NCBI GenBank assembly: GCA_965116475.1
Contig: OZ220691.1
Location: 3,355,077-3,419,076, forward strand
Reading direction: 5' to 3'
DNA from: Gemmatimonadota bacterium
GTDB taxonomy: Bacteria; Gemmatimonadota; Gemmatimonadetes; Palauibacterales; Palauibacteraceae
DNA length: 64,000 nucleotides
Made by a program: the position numbers and the translations under genes. Shown here piece after piece: positions 20,974 to 32,543 of the stretch. The notes below the pieces were generated by a model, which did no database searches, had not been told where the DNA came from, and was given only the letters and a program-made list of their open reading frames with translations. How positions within the stretch are numbered: position 1 is the first letter of the stretch; each line of letters opens with the position of its first letter.

Positions 20974-20998
20974 ACCAGACACGGAGTGAACCGGCATC

Positions 20999-22310
<1,312 letters not shown>

Positions 22311-22321
<11 letters not shown>

Positions 22322-22345
22322 ATGTACGACTGAATGTACGACTGA
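22311..22345 (+). repeat. 12-bp tandem repeat (ATG)TACGACTGA x ~2.75 bridging the ino1 stop and tmk start
   Basis: tacgactga atgtacgactga atgtacgactga read directly. It creates two in-frame MYD-stop mini-ORFs. Confidence 0.85.
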
Positions 22346-23026
22346 ATGAACGGGTGCTTTCTCGTATTCGAGGGACCGGAGGGGTCGGGGAAGTCGCTCC
22401 AGGTCGAGCGGCTGGCCGAACGGCTGTCCGCGGCCGGCGTGCCGCACACGGTGACGCGGGAGCCCGGCGGCACGGCGGCCGCGGAGGCGGTTCGGAGCGT
22501 GCTCCTCGACAGGCCCGAGTTGCGGCTCGATGGGATCGCCGAACTGCTGCTCTTTTCGGCGGCCCGCCGCGCCCACGTCGAGCAGGTAATCCGGCCTGCC
22601 CTGGAGCGCGGAGAGGTCGTCGTCTGCGACCGCTTCGAGCTTTCCACGCGGGTCTACCAGGGGTGCGCGCGCGGCGTCGCGGCGGAGACGATCGAACAGG
22701 TCACCCGCGCCGCGACGGGCGGTCTCCTTCCGGATCTGTATCTCGTACTCGATGTGCCGGTGGAAGTGGGTCTGGATCGCCAGGGGCAGGATCGGGAAGA
22801 CCCCGGCCAGCTGGGCTTCTTCGGGCCCGCTCCCGATCGAATCGAGCTTGAGAAGCGATCGTTCCGCGAGCGCGTGCGGGAAGGGTATCGGGAACTGGCG
22901 GCCGCGGATGAAAGGATCGCGATCCTCGATGGCTCGGGGATTCCGGATCGGGTCGAAGCCCGGATTCTGGCGCTCCTGCGGGAGAGGCTTCCGGACCGTT
23001 TTCGGGCGGCGAGCTTTCCTCGTTGA
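22346..23026 (+). CDS. tmk: Thymidylate kinase
   Basis: P-loop FEGPEGSGKS and the DRF/lid region. Confidence 0.85.
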   Translation: MNGCFLVFEGPEGSGKSLQVERLAERLSAAGVPHTVTREPGGTAAAEAVRSVLLDRPELRLDGIAELLLFSAARRAHVEQVIRPALERGEVVVCDRFELSTRVYQGCARGVAAETIEQVTRAATGGLLPDLYLVLDVPVEVGLDRQGQDREDPGQLGFFGPAPDRIELEKRSFRERVREGYRELAAADERIAILDGSGIPDRVEARILALLRERLPDRFRAASFPR

Positions 23027-23143
23027 CGGCGCGGTGTGACATTGACGGTAGCGGCGGAGCGCCGCTCGAACGCGGCCCCGGATGACCCCGCGATGACACG
23101 GGGAGGACACGGGGAGGACACGGGCCGCTACCACGGAGGATGC

Positions 23144-24814
23144 ATGAGAGTCGAGCGATCCTGGAGGACAGGAGTGCTGGTCGGCGCCATCGCCCTTGCG
23201 ACGGGAGGCTGGCTGATAAACCAGAGCGGGGCCGCGAGCGGTGGGGAAAGCCGCCGACTCCTGGATGAGATCCACCGTCTGATCTCCGCCCGCTTCGTCG
23301 ATGAGATCCCGCCGGAGGAGTTGTACCGGATGGCGATCGACGGATTGCTCGAGAATCTGGGCGACCCGTACACCACGTTTCTCGAGCCCCGGGATTCCGA
23401 GGATCTTCGTCTCACGACGACGGGCAACTACGGAGGGCTCGGCGTCCGGATCGACGTGAAGGACGACTGGATCACGGTCGTCCAGGTGCTGCCGAACTCG
23501 CCGGCGCTCCGCGAGGGACTCGAGGTCGGCGACCGCATCATCGAGGTCGAGGGCGAGTCCGCCGAGGGCTGGTCGGTGGACAAGGCCGTCGACACCCTGC
23601 GCGGAGAGAAGGGGGCGCCGGTCAACATCACGATCGCGAGGGTGGGCGTGGACCGGCCGCTCGCGATTCGGATCGTGCGCGACGTCATCCAGGTGGCGCA
23701 GGCGCAGGGCTTCGTCCTCGACGGCGACATCGGCTACGTGACGCTGCGCGGCTTCAGCCGCGAGGCGAAGGAGGAACTGGTCGCGACGCTGGACCGCCTC
23801 GTCGATGAGGGGGCCGGCGGATTGATCCTCGACCTGCGGCGGAACCCCGGCGGCCTGCTGCCCGCGGGCATCGACGTCACGGACCTTTTCCTGGAGCGCG
23901 GCAAGTCCGTGGTCGAAACGCGCTCTCGCCTGGAAGAACAGAACTACCTGTTCCGCGCCTCCTCCGAGGACCGCTACGCAGATATTCCGATCGTCGTCGT
24001 CGTGGACGGCCTCAGCGCGAGCGCATCCGAGATCGTGGCCGGCGCGCTGCAGGACCACGACCGCGCGGTCGTCGTGGGCACCACGACGTTCGGCAAGGGT
24101 TCCGTGCAGACGCTGTACGGCCTCTCCGGGAACAACAGCATGAAGGTCACGACGGCCCGCTGGTACACGCCGGCCGGCCGCTCCATCACGAAGGACTTCG
24201 ACCGCGAGAGCGCGCTCCGCGACCTGGCGGCGAGCGCCGTGGCGATTTCGGGTGAACCGATCGCGACGCGGTCGGAGACGGAAGACCGGGAGGAGTTCAC
24301 GACGGCGGGAGGCCGGACGGTGTACGGCGGCGGCGGGATTACGCCGGACCTGATCGTCTACCGCGACACGCTCTCGACCGAGGAACAGGAGCTGCGGCGC
24401 CTCGCGACGCGCTCGGGGGCGATCCCGCGGAACGTCGTCTTCCGGTGGGCCGTCGAGTATTCGAACGAACACGATTTCAACGAGGGCTTCTCTGTCACGC
24501 GGGGGATGCGGGAAGGAGTCTGGACCGCGCTCGTGGAGGCGGGAGCCGAGGTCGAGCGGGAACTCTTCGACCAGTCGCAGACCTATGTCGACTGGCTCAT
24601 CGCGGATGAGCTGGCCGGCGCGGAGTTCGGGGAGGTGCCTCAGCTCCGCAGCCGGGCCGTGCGTGACGCCCAGATCCAGGTCGCCGTGGATCTTCTGAGG
24701 GAGGCGGACTCGCCGGAGGCGCTGCTTACGGTCGCGGCGCGCGCCGCCGAGGAGCGGAGTGCGGAGGGTACGCGGAGCGGGGAGCCCAGCGGGCCCAGCG
24801 GGGATCGCCAGTGA
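23144..24814 (+). CDS. ctpA: S41 family C-terminal processing peptidase with PDZ domain
   Basis: Signal/anchor, PDZ (GLEVGDRIIEVEG) and catalytic Ser/Lys region (GLSASASEIVAGALQD..., TFGKGSVQ). Confidence 0.8.
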   Translation: MRVERSWRTGVLVGAIALATGGWLINQSGAASGGESRRLLDEIHRLISARFVDEIPPEELYRMAIDGLLENLGDPYTTFLEPRDSEDLRLTTTGNYGGLGVRIDVKDDWITVVQVLPNSPALREGLEVGDRIIEVEGESAEGWSVDKAVDTLRGEKGAPVNITIARVGVDRPLAIRIVRDVIQVAQAQGFVLDGDIGYVTLRGFSREAKEELVATLDRLVDEGAGGLILDLRRNPGGLLPAGIDVTDLFLERGKSVVETRSRLEEQNYLFRASSEDRYADIPIVVVVDGLSASASEIVAGALQDHDRAVVVGTTTFGKGSVQTLYGLSGNNSMKVTTARWYTPAGRSITKDFDRESALRDLAASAVAISGEPIATRSETEDREEFTTAGGRTVYGGGGITPDLIVYRDTLSTEEQELRRLATRSGAIPRNVVFRWAVEYSNEHDFNEGFSVTRGMREGVWTALVEAGAEVERELFDQSQTYVDWLIADELAGAEFGEVPQLRSRAVRDAQIQVAVDLLREADSPEALLTVAARAAEERSAEGTRSGEPSGPSGDRQ

Positions 24815-24839
24815 TCCGACGATGCGAAGGAGACGAGCG

Positions 24840-25274
24840 ATGAGAGAGCACACGCGACGGTTGGCCGCGATTGCGACCACGATGGCTCTGATGGCGGCCA
24901 TGGCGTGCGCCAGCAGCCCGCGCCCCGGAACGTACACCCGGCTCCTCATCACCGGCGGCGAGATTCGCGACGCCGGGTACCGGTCGGCCTACGAGGCGCT
25001 CACCCATCACCGGGAACTGATCATCTTCGAAGACCGGATCGGCTTCAGGGGCGGCAACGACAGCTCCCGCCTGTTCGGGCGCCAGACGCAGGACTACTAC
25101 GTGCCGCTGCTGGTTGTGGATGGCGACTTCAACCAGAATGACGCGGTCACCACGCTCCGCCGGATACCCGCGGAGGACATCGTGTCGATCCGGCTGTATC
25201 ACCAGAGCATGGTCCCGCCCCGCTATCGCCGGCCGGGCGCGGAGGGCGGGGTGATCGAGGTCAACACCCGCTAG
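24840..25274 (+). CDS. Hypothetical lipoprotein
   Basis: AGGAG 8 nt upstream; lipobox AMAC. No recognisable family. Confidence 0.4.
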   Translation: MREHTRRLAAIATTMALMAAMACASSPRPGTYTRLLITGGEIRDAGYRSAYEALTHHRELIIFEDRIGFRGGNDSSRLFGRQTQDYYVPLLVVDGDFNQNDAVTTLRRIPAEDIVSIRLYHQSMVPPRYRRPGAEGGVIEVNTR

Positions 25275-25295
25275 GGTCGTGGCGACCCCTCTGCC

Positions 25296-25985
25296 TTGAG
25301 CGTGGATGGTAAGCGTCCGAGACTCCTCGTCTTCGGCCGCCTGCCCGAGCCGGGATACGTCAAGACGCGCCTCCATCCCGAGCTGACCGGGGAGGGGAGC
25401 GCCGTTCTGTACGAGGCGTTCCTCGACGACGCCATGAAGCTCGCGCCCGACGGAGTCGCCGTGGAGTTGTGGGTCCCCGATCGTCCCGGAGCGAAGGCGC
25501 GGCTGGCCCCGCGATACCCGGCGGCTCGCGTCCGCCTTCAACCCGAAGGTTCGCTCGGCGACCGGCTCGACACGGCGTTCGCCCGCGCCTTCGGCGAGGG
25601 CGTCGGTTGCGCGGTTGCGCTCGGAAGCGACCACCCGACACTCCCGGCCGATTTCGTCGTGCGGGCCTTCGACGCGCTGGAGGGCAGTCCGGTGGCCCTT
25701 GGCCCGAGCCTGGACGGTGGCTACTACGCGGTCGGACTGCGCGGGACGGCCTGGCCGCGGGCCCGCGATCTCTTCGCCGGAGCCCCCTGGTCGACGCCGA
25801 CGCTGTTCGCGTGGACGCGCGCGCGCGCGGCGTCGCTGGGGCTCGATTGCGCGGAGCTGCCGCCCTGGTATGATGTGGACCGTCCGGCCGATCTGGTCCG
25901 CATGGCCGGCGATCTGACCGAAGGCAGCGCCACGGCCGGAGCGTGGGCCCGGCTCGCGCCGCCGGCCGCGGAGCCGAAGGCGTGA
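25296..25985 (+). CDS. DUF2064 (TIGR04282-like, glycosyltransferase-like) protein
   Basis: LLVFGRLPEPGYVKTRL...GSDHPTLP pattern. TTG start as in the ORF track. Confidence 0.45.
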   Translation: MSVDGKRPRLLVFGRLPEPGYVKTRLHPELTGEGSAVLYEAFLDDAMKLAPDGVAVELWVPDRPGAKARLAPRYPAARVRLQPEGSLGDRLDTAFARAFGEGVGCAVALGSDHPTLPADFVVRAFDALEGSPVALGPSLDGGYYAVGLRGTAWPRARDLFAGAPWSTPTLFAWTRARAASLGLDCAELPPWYDVDRPADLVRMAGDLTEGSATAGAWARLAPPAAEPKA

Positions 25986-26980
25986 TGGAACCGATCCGCG
26001 TCACCGTGGATCGGGCCGGCACGCGGGAATCGTCGCATCTCGTGTACGGCATGGTCTGTGAAGCCGGTTGCTCCGGTCGCAGCCACGCCTTCGGCGACCC
26101 TAAACTGACGGCCTTCTGGCGTTCCTCGATGAAGCCGCTCCAGATCCTTCCGGCGGTCAGAGGCGGCGTGTTCGAACGCCTCGGACTCGGGGCGGAGGCG
26201 CTGGCGCTGGCGTGCGCATCGCATCACGGCACGCCGCGGCATCTGGAGGTCGTACAGTCGGTCATCGACGCGGCGGAGCTGGCGCCGGAGATGTTCGTGT
26301 GCGGGCCGCACCGGCCGTTCGACGACGGCGCGGCCCGGGGGATGGACCGGGCGGGGCGCCTGCCGGGGCGGATCCACAACAACTGTTCGGGCCAGCACGC
26401 GGCGCTCCTGGCGTTCTGCCTCGCCCGCGGCTGGTCGGTGGCGGGCTACCATGAGCCGGAGCACGCTCTGCAGCGGACGATCCGCCGCGAAATCTCGGCG
26501 TGGCTCGGAGAAGACTGCGAACGTCTGCCGTGGGGGACGGATGGCTGCGGCCTGCCGACGCCGGCTCTTTCCCTGCGGGACATGGCGCGGGCGTTCGCGG
26601 ATTTCGGCGCCTCGTCGGAGGCGGCCGCGCGGTCCGTTGTGACGGCGATGACGGCGCATCCGACATTGGTATCGGGTGCCGCGGCCCTCTCCGCGAACCT
26701 GATGCGAGCGACCTCCGGTCGGATTCTCGCCAAGGAGGGGGCGGAGGGCGTGTTCTGCCTGGCGAGCCCGGAGGGGGCGTGGGGGGCGGCCTTCAAGGTG
26801 CTGGATGGGGCCACGCGGCCGCTGGGGCCCGCGGTTGTGCACGCGCTTTCAACGCTGTCGCTGCTGGCGCCGGAGGAGATCGGTCGCCTGGAGCGCTTCG
26901 CGCACCCCGTGGTGCGCAACACGTGCGGGAACGAGGTCGGGGTGCTGTCGGTGGAGGGGGAATCGTGTTCGTCGACGTAG
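25985..26980 (+). CDS. Asparaginase II family protein
   Basis: MEPIRVTVDRAGTRESSHLVYG...HNNCSGQHAALLAFC resembles asparaginase_II (L-asparaginase II-like). Confidence 0.55.
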   Translation: MEPIRVTVDRAGTRESSHLVYGMVCEAGCSGRSHAFGDPKLTAFWRSSMKPLQILPAVRGGVFERLGLGAEALALACASHHGTPRHLEVVQSVIDAAELAPEMFVCGPHRPFDDGAARGMDRAGRLPGRIHNNCSGQHAALLAFCLARGWSVAGYHEPEHALQRTIRREISAWLGEDCERLPWGTDGCGLPTPALSLRDMARAFADFGASSEAAARSVVTAMTAHPTLVSGAAALSANLMRATSGRILAKEGAEGVFCLASPEGAWGAAFKVLDGATRPLGPAVVHALSTLSLLAPEEIGRLERFAHPVVRNTCGNEVGVLSVEGESCSST

Positions 26981-28011
26981 CGAGAATACACGTGACCGGA
27001 GGGGCGGGCGGCGCGGGCGCCGTCGCCTTCCGGCGCGAGAGGGGGGTGCCCCGCGGCGGGCCCGCCGGCGGCCGGGGCGGAAACGGCGGCGGCGTGATCC
27101 TCGTCGCGGATCGCCGGCTCGACACGCTGCTGGACTACTCGTACCGCGAGCACTACAAGGCCGGGCGCGCCGGTCACGGAGAGGGAAAGAAACGGGACGG
27201 GGCCTCGGGAGAAGATCTGCGGCTGCCCGTACCTCTCGGGACGCTCGTGCGCGACGTAGAGACGGGAGAGCGGATCGGGGAACTGCTCGAGGAGGGGGAT
27301 GAACTCATTGTGGCCCGCGGCGGCCGCGGAGGAAGGGGCAACGCGAGCTTCGCTTCGCCCACCCGACAGACGCCGCGCGAATGGGAACCGGGGGAGTGGG
27401 GGGAGGAGCGGCACATCGAACTCGAACTCAAGCTCATCGCCGACGTGGGTCTGGTGGGGGAGCCCAACGCCGGAAAATCGACGCTGCTCGCCCGCGTGAC
27501 GGCAGCGAAGCCCCGGATCGCCGACTATCCCTTCTCCACGCTGACACCGAACCTCGGAGTCGTGGGTCTGAGCGGGAGTCGGTCGTTCGTGATGGCGGAC
27601 ATCCCGGGCATCATCGAAGGGGCGCACGAGGGGCGCGGCCTGGGCACGCAGTTCCTTCGGCACATCGAACGCACGCGCACGCTCGCGCTCCTGGTGCCGG
27701 TGGACGACGAGGATCCGCAGGCGACGTACGACCTGCTGCGCGAGGAACTGCGGGCGCACGACGCGGCGCTCGCCGGCATATCCCACTGCGTGCTCCTGAC
27801 GAAGGCCGACTTGAGTCCCGCGGCGCCGGAACCGCCGGTATCGGTCGATGCCCCCCGGAGCTGGGGCCAGTTCACGATCTCGGCCGTGACCGGGGCCGGC
27901 CTCGACGTTGCGCTCGAAGGTCTGTGGGCGCGCGTGCAGAGGGAGAAGGAGGCCGCGGCGGGGGACGGCGAAGCGGATCCGTTCGCGGGCGGCGAAGCGT
28001 GGCGTCCGTGA
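26965..28011 (+). CDS. obg: GTPase Obg/CgtA
   Basis: Obg fold glycine-rich N-terminus (GGAGGAGAVAFRRE..., GGRGGNGG) and GTPase motifs GEPNAGKST, DIPG, TKAD. Confidence 0.85.
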   Translation: MFVDVARIHVTGGAGGAGAVAFRRERGVPRGGPAGGRGGNGGGVILVADRRLDTLLDYSYREHYKAGRAGHGEGKKRDGASGEDLRLPVPLGTLVRDVETGERIGELLEEGDELIVARGGRGGRGNASFASPTRQTPREWEPGEWGEERHIELELKLIADVGLVGEPNAGKSTLLARVTAAKPRIADYPFSTLTPNLGVVGLSGSRSFVMADIPGIIEGAHEGRGLGTQFLRHIERTRTLALLVPVDDEDPQATYDLLREELRAHDAALAGISHCVLLTKADLSPAAPEPPVSVDAPRSWGQFTISAVTGAGLDVALEGLWARVQREKEAAAGDGEADPFAGGEAWRP

Positions 28012-29183
28012 CGGAGCGTTCTGTGGAGGCACGGGCGCGGGACGGGGAGTTGGTGGCGCTCCTCGTGCTGGCGCGCACCCCCGGTCTGGGGCTGCGCCGG
28101 GTGCGGCGTCTGGTCGACCGCCATGGTGGGGCGTCCGGGGCGCTCAAAGCGCTGCGCGATACTGCGCCGGAAGGCCTGCCGGCGCGCCGCCGGGGCGAGC
28201 GGGTTCCGACATCGAGGACGGTCCGGGCCCTCGGCCGTGCCAGCGAGGGGGCGGCGCGGTCGCTCCTGCGCGAAGCGAGAGCGAAGGGGATCCGCATCGC
28301 GGGGTACACCGACTGTGGGAAGGCCGCTTACCCCGCGGGGCTAGGCGATCTCCCCGATCCGCCCCCCGTGCTCTTCAGGCGTGGCGCGGGGACGCCGGAT
28401 TCCGAGCGGACGATCGCCGTCGTGGGCACGCGGGCCGCGTCGTCCTACGGGTTGCGCACGGCGTATTCTCTGGGAAGGGAACTCGGGCGCTGGGGCTGGA
28501 CGGTGGTCAGCGGCATGGCGCGCGGCATCGATGCGGCGGCGCATTCCGGGGCCCTCGACGCCGGCGGGCGCACCATTGGAGTCCTTGGGACCGGAGTCGA
28601 CCGCGAGTATCCGGCGGAGAACCGGGATCTGTACCGGCGGATGCGGACGGACGGGGTCCTGCTGAGCGAGTTCGAGCCGGGGGCGCCGCCGACGCGTTCC
28701 GCGTTTCCGCGCCGCAACCGGGTGATCGCCGCCCTCGCCCGCGGCGTCATCGTCGTGGAGGCGGGCGGGAGGAGCGGGGCACTGAACACCGCGGACCATG
28801 CGCTGGACCTGGGGCGCGAAGTCCTCGCGGTGCCCGGGCGGATCGATGATCGGAGCGCAGCCGGGTGCCTTCGCCTGCTGCGCCAGGGCGCCGGGCTTGT
28901 GGCCGGCGTACAGGACGTGTTCGACGCTCTGGGCTGGCTGTGCCTCGAACCGCAGGCGCCGGAACCGGATGGAGGGTCCGCTCCGGCGGCGGACGGATCC
29001 GAGGGCGACCGGCGCCTGCTCGGAGCGCTGTCACGGGGACCCCGCTCGCCGGATGAGCTCGCCGTCGGTCTCGAGATGCCCGTCACGAAGGTGCTCGGCG
29101 GACTGGGACGGCTGGAACTCGAGGGGTGGGTCGAGCGCCGCCCGGGAGGGAGCTTTGCCGCCGTCCGGCGGGGCGGCCGCTGA
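28008..29183 (+). CDS. dprA: DNA processing protein DprA (Smf)
   Basis: Rossmann-like DprA core (IAVVGTRAASSYG..., SGMARGIDAAAH) and a C-terminal winged helix. Confidence 0.8.
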   Translation: MTERSVEARARDGELVALLVLARTPGLGLRRVRRLVDRHGGASGALKALRDTAPEGLPARRRGERVPTSRTVRALGRASEGAARSLLREARAKGIRIAGYTDCGKAAYPAGLGDLPDPPPVLFRRGAGTPDSERTIAVVGTRAASSYGLRTAYSLGRELGRWGWTVVSGMARGIDAAAHSGALDAGGRTIGVLGTGVDREYPAENRDLYRRMRTDGVLLSEFEPGAPPTRSAFPRRNRVIAALARGVIVVEAGGRSGALNTADHALDLGREVLAVPGRIDDRSAAGCLRLLRQGAGLVAGVQDVFDALGWLCLEPQAPEPDGGSAPAADGSEGDRRLLGALSRGPRSPDELAVGLEMPVTKVLGGLGRLELEGWVERRPGGSFAAVRRGGR

Positions 29184-30337
29184 TGTCGGGCCGGCGTCCG
29201 CCACGCTCCCTGTACGTGCACTTTCCGTTCTGCGCGCATCGCTGCCACTACTGCGATTTCTCCGTCCAGCGCGCGTCGGCGCCGCCGGTGTCCCGCTGGC
29301 TCGCGGCGATCGAGGCCGAACTCGCCTGGTGGTTCGAGCGCAACGGATGGGATCCAGGCGACACGCTCGATACGATCTTCGTGGGGGGCGGGACGCCCTC
29401 GCTCATGGGGGCCGCGGGGATGGAAGGGCTCGCCTCGCGAATCTCCGCCTGGTTCCGGATCGACCCCGCGCGCACGGAATGGACGGCCGAGGCGAACCCC
29501 GCCTCCTTCGACGCGCGGCTCGGTTCGAACTGGCGCGCGACGGGCGTGAACCGGCTGAGTCTCGGCGTGCAGGCCCTGGACGATGCGGTTCTGAAATGGC
29601 TGGGCCGGCTGCATGACCGGCGCCGGGCCATGGAGGCGGTCGCGGAGGCGAGGGATGCCGGGTTCGAACGCGTGAGCGTGGACCTCATCTTCGGTCTCTC
29701 CCCGGAAGTGACGCGAAACCTCGCGGCGGAGGTGGAAGCGGCCGCCGCGCTCGACGTGTCCCACCTGAGTCTCTACGGCCTGACCGTCGAACCCCGCACG
29801 CCGCTGGCCGAGTGGATTCGCCTGGGCCGGGTCGGGATGCCGGACGAAGAGCGCTACGCGGAGGAGTACCGGCTCCTGTCGCGCGAACTGCGCGCGGCCG
29901 GGTATGAGCAGTACGAGGTGTCGAACTTCGCCCGGCCGGGGGCGCAGTGCCGCCACAACTGGTCGTACTGGAACCGAACGTCGTATCTTGCCCTCGGCCC
30001 GTCCGCACATGGTTTTCTCCCGCCGATCCGCAGTTGGAACGTCTTCCGCTGGGACCGGTATGAACGCGCGCTGCGGGAGGGCCGCGGCCCTCTCGAAGGC
30101 TGGGAACGCGTGGGGCCGGAAGAGGAGGAACTGGAACGGATCTGGCTGGGTCTTCGTACGAATCGCGGACTGACGCCCGATGTCGTGCAGAGGATCTCGT
30201 CGGACGGCCCCCGCTTCGACGATTGGGCCGGGGCCGGGTGGATGGAGGAGCGGAACGGACGCTGGCGGGCGACGATCGAAGGCTGGCTCCGCCTGGACAC
30301 GATCGCCGCCGAACTCGCCGGGGCTGAGGGAACATGA
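29183..30337 (+). CDS. hemW: Radical SAM heme chaperone HemW / oxygen-independent coproporphyrinogen III oxidase-like
   Basis: CxxxCxxC cluster (CAHRCHYCDF) in SLYVHFPFC context. Confidence 0.8.
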   Translation: MSGRRPPRSLYVHFPFCAHRCHYCDFSVQRASAPPVSRWLAAIEAELAWWFERNGWDPGDTLDTIFVGGGTPSLMGAAGMEGLASRISAWFRIDPARTEWTAEANPASFDARLGSNWRATGVNRLSLGVQALDDAVLKWLGRLHDRRRAMEAVAEARDAGFERVSVDLIFGLSPEVTRNLAAEVEAAAALDVSHLSLYGLTVEPRTPLAEWIRLGRVGMPDEERYAEEYRLLSRELRAAGYEQYEVSNFARPGAQCRHNWSYWNRTSYLALGPSAHGFLPPIRSWNVFRWDRYERALREGRGPLEGWERVGPEEEELERIWLGLRTNRGLTPDVVQRISSDGPRFDDWAGAGWMEERNGRWRATIEGWLRLDTIAAELAGAEGT

Positions 30338-31377
30338 CCCTGCCAACACTGACAGAGCGCGAACGGGCCGTCCTCGCGGCGGTCATCGACTCCTTCGTCC
30401 GCACGGCCGCCCCGGCCGGCTCGCGAAGGATCGGGAAGGACTACGCGCTCGGCGTCTCCCCCGCGACGATCCGAAACACGATGGCGGACCTCGAGGCCAA
30501 GGGTCTGCTCACCCACCCCTACACGTCCGCCGGACGGCTCCCCACCGACCTCGCCTACCGGTACTACGTCGATGCGCTCATGCGCTGGGGCGGCATCCGG
30601 AAGCGCGACCAGGCGAAGATCGAACGCGAGCTGGGGGATGCGGACGCCGGCGGCGTCGAGGACCTCATGAGCAAGGCGGCGCGCGTCCTCAGCCTTCTGA
30701 CGGGAGAACTCGGCCTAGCGGTGGGACCGACGCTCGCCACGGCCACGCTCGAGCGTCTCGAACTCGTGCCGCTCTCGAGCGAGAAGGTGCTCCTGGTGTT
30801 CACGATCGAGTCCGGCGTGGTGCGCACCGTGTACGTGGACGTGGCGACGCGGGTGCCGCGGGCGACGCTCCAGGCGGTGTCGCAGGCCCTGAACGAGCGG
30901 TTGGCGGGCAGCGCCATCTCCGAGATCCAGGCGACGCTTCACGAGCGGCTGGGCGACCTGAGTTTCAACAACCGCGGCGCCGAGGAACTGATGAACATCT
31001 TCGTGCACAGCGGTCCGGACATCTTCGAGTGGGCCCGCCGCGAGCGCGAGATCCACCTCGGGAGCGCCGCGGCGCTGACCGAGCAGCCGGAGTTCACGAC
31101 GAGCGAGCGCCTGCGCGAGCTCCTGCTCCTCACGGAGCGCCGGGAGCTGCTCGCCTCCGTGCTGGGGGACCGCGGCGGCTCGGACGGTCCGCACGTGACG
31201 ATCGGCGCCGAGCACGGCCAGCCCGAGCTGGAGGATCTGACTATCGTCACGGCCAACTATGCCGTCGGCAGTCTGCAGGGCACGGTCGGCGTGATCGGCC
31301 CGACGCGCATGCCGTACGACAAGGTCGTCTCCATCGTCGACTGCACGTCCGACCTTCTCACCCGGCTGACGCCGTGA
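30334..31377 (+). CDS. hrcA: Heat-inducible transcription repressor HrcA
   Basis: LTERERAVLAAVIDSFV...ATIRNTMADLEAKGLL... is an HrcA N-terminal wHTH. Confidence 0.85.
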   Translation: MTLPTLTERERAVLAAVIDSFVRTAAPAGSRRIGKDYALGVSPATIRNTMADLEAKGLLTHPYTSAGRLPTDLAYRYYVDALMRWGGIRKRDQAKIERELGDADAGGVEDLMSKAARVLSLLTGELGLAVGPTLATATLERLELVPLSSEKVLLVFTIESGVVRTVYVDVATRVPRATLQAVSQALNERLAGSAISEIQATLHERLGDLSFNNRGAEELMNIFVHSGPDIFEWARREREIHLGSAAALTEQPEFTTSERLRELLLLTERRELLASVLGDRGGSDGPHVTIGAEHGQPELEDLTIVTANYAVGSLQGTVGVIGPTRMPYDKVVSIVDCTSDLLTRLTP

Positions 31378-32543
31378 GCGGACACCGCGACTACTACGAA
31401 CTGCTCGGCGTCTCTCGCGACGCGGGCGCGGACGAACTGAAGCGGGCGTACCGGCGCCTCGCCATGGAGTACCATCCGGACCGCAATTCGGCGGCCGACG
31501 CGGAGGCGCGGTTCAAGGAGGTGACGGAGGCGTGGGAAGTGCTCCGCGACCCGGGGAAGCGGCAGTTGTACGACCAGTACGGTGAGGCCGGGGTGCGGCG
31601 CGGCGGTGGAGGCGAGGCGCCGTTCTCCGGATTCAACAACTTCTCCGACGCGTTCGACGTGTTCATGCGGGAGTTCGGCGGAGCCGGTTTCGGAGGCGGC
31701 GGCTTCGGCGACCTCTTCGCGGACGTGCGGTCCCCGAACCAGCCGCGTCGCGGTTCGACCCTCAAGGTCTCCGTCGCGATCACGCTGGAAGAGGCGGCCG
31801 AGGGGGTCCGGCGCTCGCTCCGCGTCTCCGCTCTGGATCCGTGCGGGCGCTGCGACTCGACGGGCGCCGAACCGGGTAGCAAGGCGTCCCCGTGCGGGAC
31901 GTGCGAGGGGACCGGCGAGATTCGCATGGTCCAGCGCTCGATGCTGGGACAGTTCGTTTCCGTGCGTCCCTGCTCCGCCTGCGGCGGAGAGGGCACCCTG
32001 GTCGCCGATGAGTGCCGCGACTGCCAGCGAACCGGGCGCGTGCGGGTCGACCGAACCGTAGACATCGAGATTCCCGCGGGGATTTCGTCCGACGACTACC
32101 TGAAGCTGCGCGCGCGAGGCAACGCGGGTCCGCGCGGCGGGCCGGCCGGGGATCTCATCGTCCAGGTGGAAGTCGAGCCGCACGACCGCTTCGAGCGCAG
32201 GGGTGATGACCTCGTCCTCGACCTGCCCGTCACGTTCTCCCAGGCGGCGCTGGGCGACGAACTCGACGTGCCGACGATCCTCGGACAGGCTCGGCTCAAG
32301 GTGCCCGCGGGGATCCAGGCGGGTCAGATCCTGAGGCTTCGCGGCCAGGGGATGCCGCGTCTCCGGGCCGGGGGACACGGGGACCAGCTGGTGCGGGTGC
32401 ACACATGGACGCCGAGCGAACTGTCCCGGCGACAGCGCGACATCCTGGAGTCGCTGCGGGAGGTCGAGGATGCGCCGCCCGAACCGCGCCGGGGCGAGGA
32501 TCCGAGCTTCTGGGAGCGCGTAAAGGCGGCGTTTACGGCGTAG
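31374..32543 (+). CDS. dnaJ: Molecular chaperone DnaJ
   Basis: J domain (DYYELLGV...HPD), G/F region and four CxxCxG zinc-finger repeats. Confidence 0.85.
   Translation: MSGHRDYYELLGVSRDAGADELKRAYRRLAMEYHPDRNSAADAEARFKEVTEAWEVLRDPGKRQLYDQYGEAGVRRGGGGEAPFSGFNNFSDAFDVFMREFGGAGFGGGGFGDLFADVRSPNQPRRGSTLKVSVAITLEEAAEGVRRSLRVSALDPCGRCDSTGAEPGSKASPCGTCEGTGEIRMVQRSMLGQFVSVRPCSACGGEGTLVADECRDCQRTGRVRVDRTVDIEIPAGISSDDYLKLRARGNAGPRGGPAGDLIVQVEVEPHDRFERRGDDLVLDLPVTFSQAALGDELDVPTILGQARLKVPAGIQAGQILRLRGQGMPRLRAGGHGDQLVRVHTWTPSELSRRQRDILESLREVEDAPPEPRRGEDPSFWERVKAAFTA

Noticed and set aside
29000-30340. Searched for a CIRCE (HrcA) operator upstream of hemW-hrcA-dnaJ
   Set aside because: No TTAGCACTC/GAGTGCTAA half-sites are present. 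Absence is reported as a finding rather than annotating a site.
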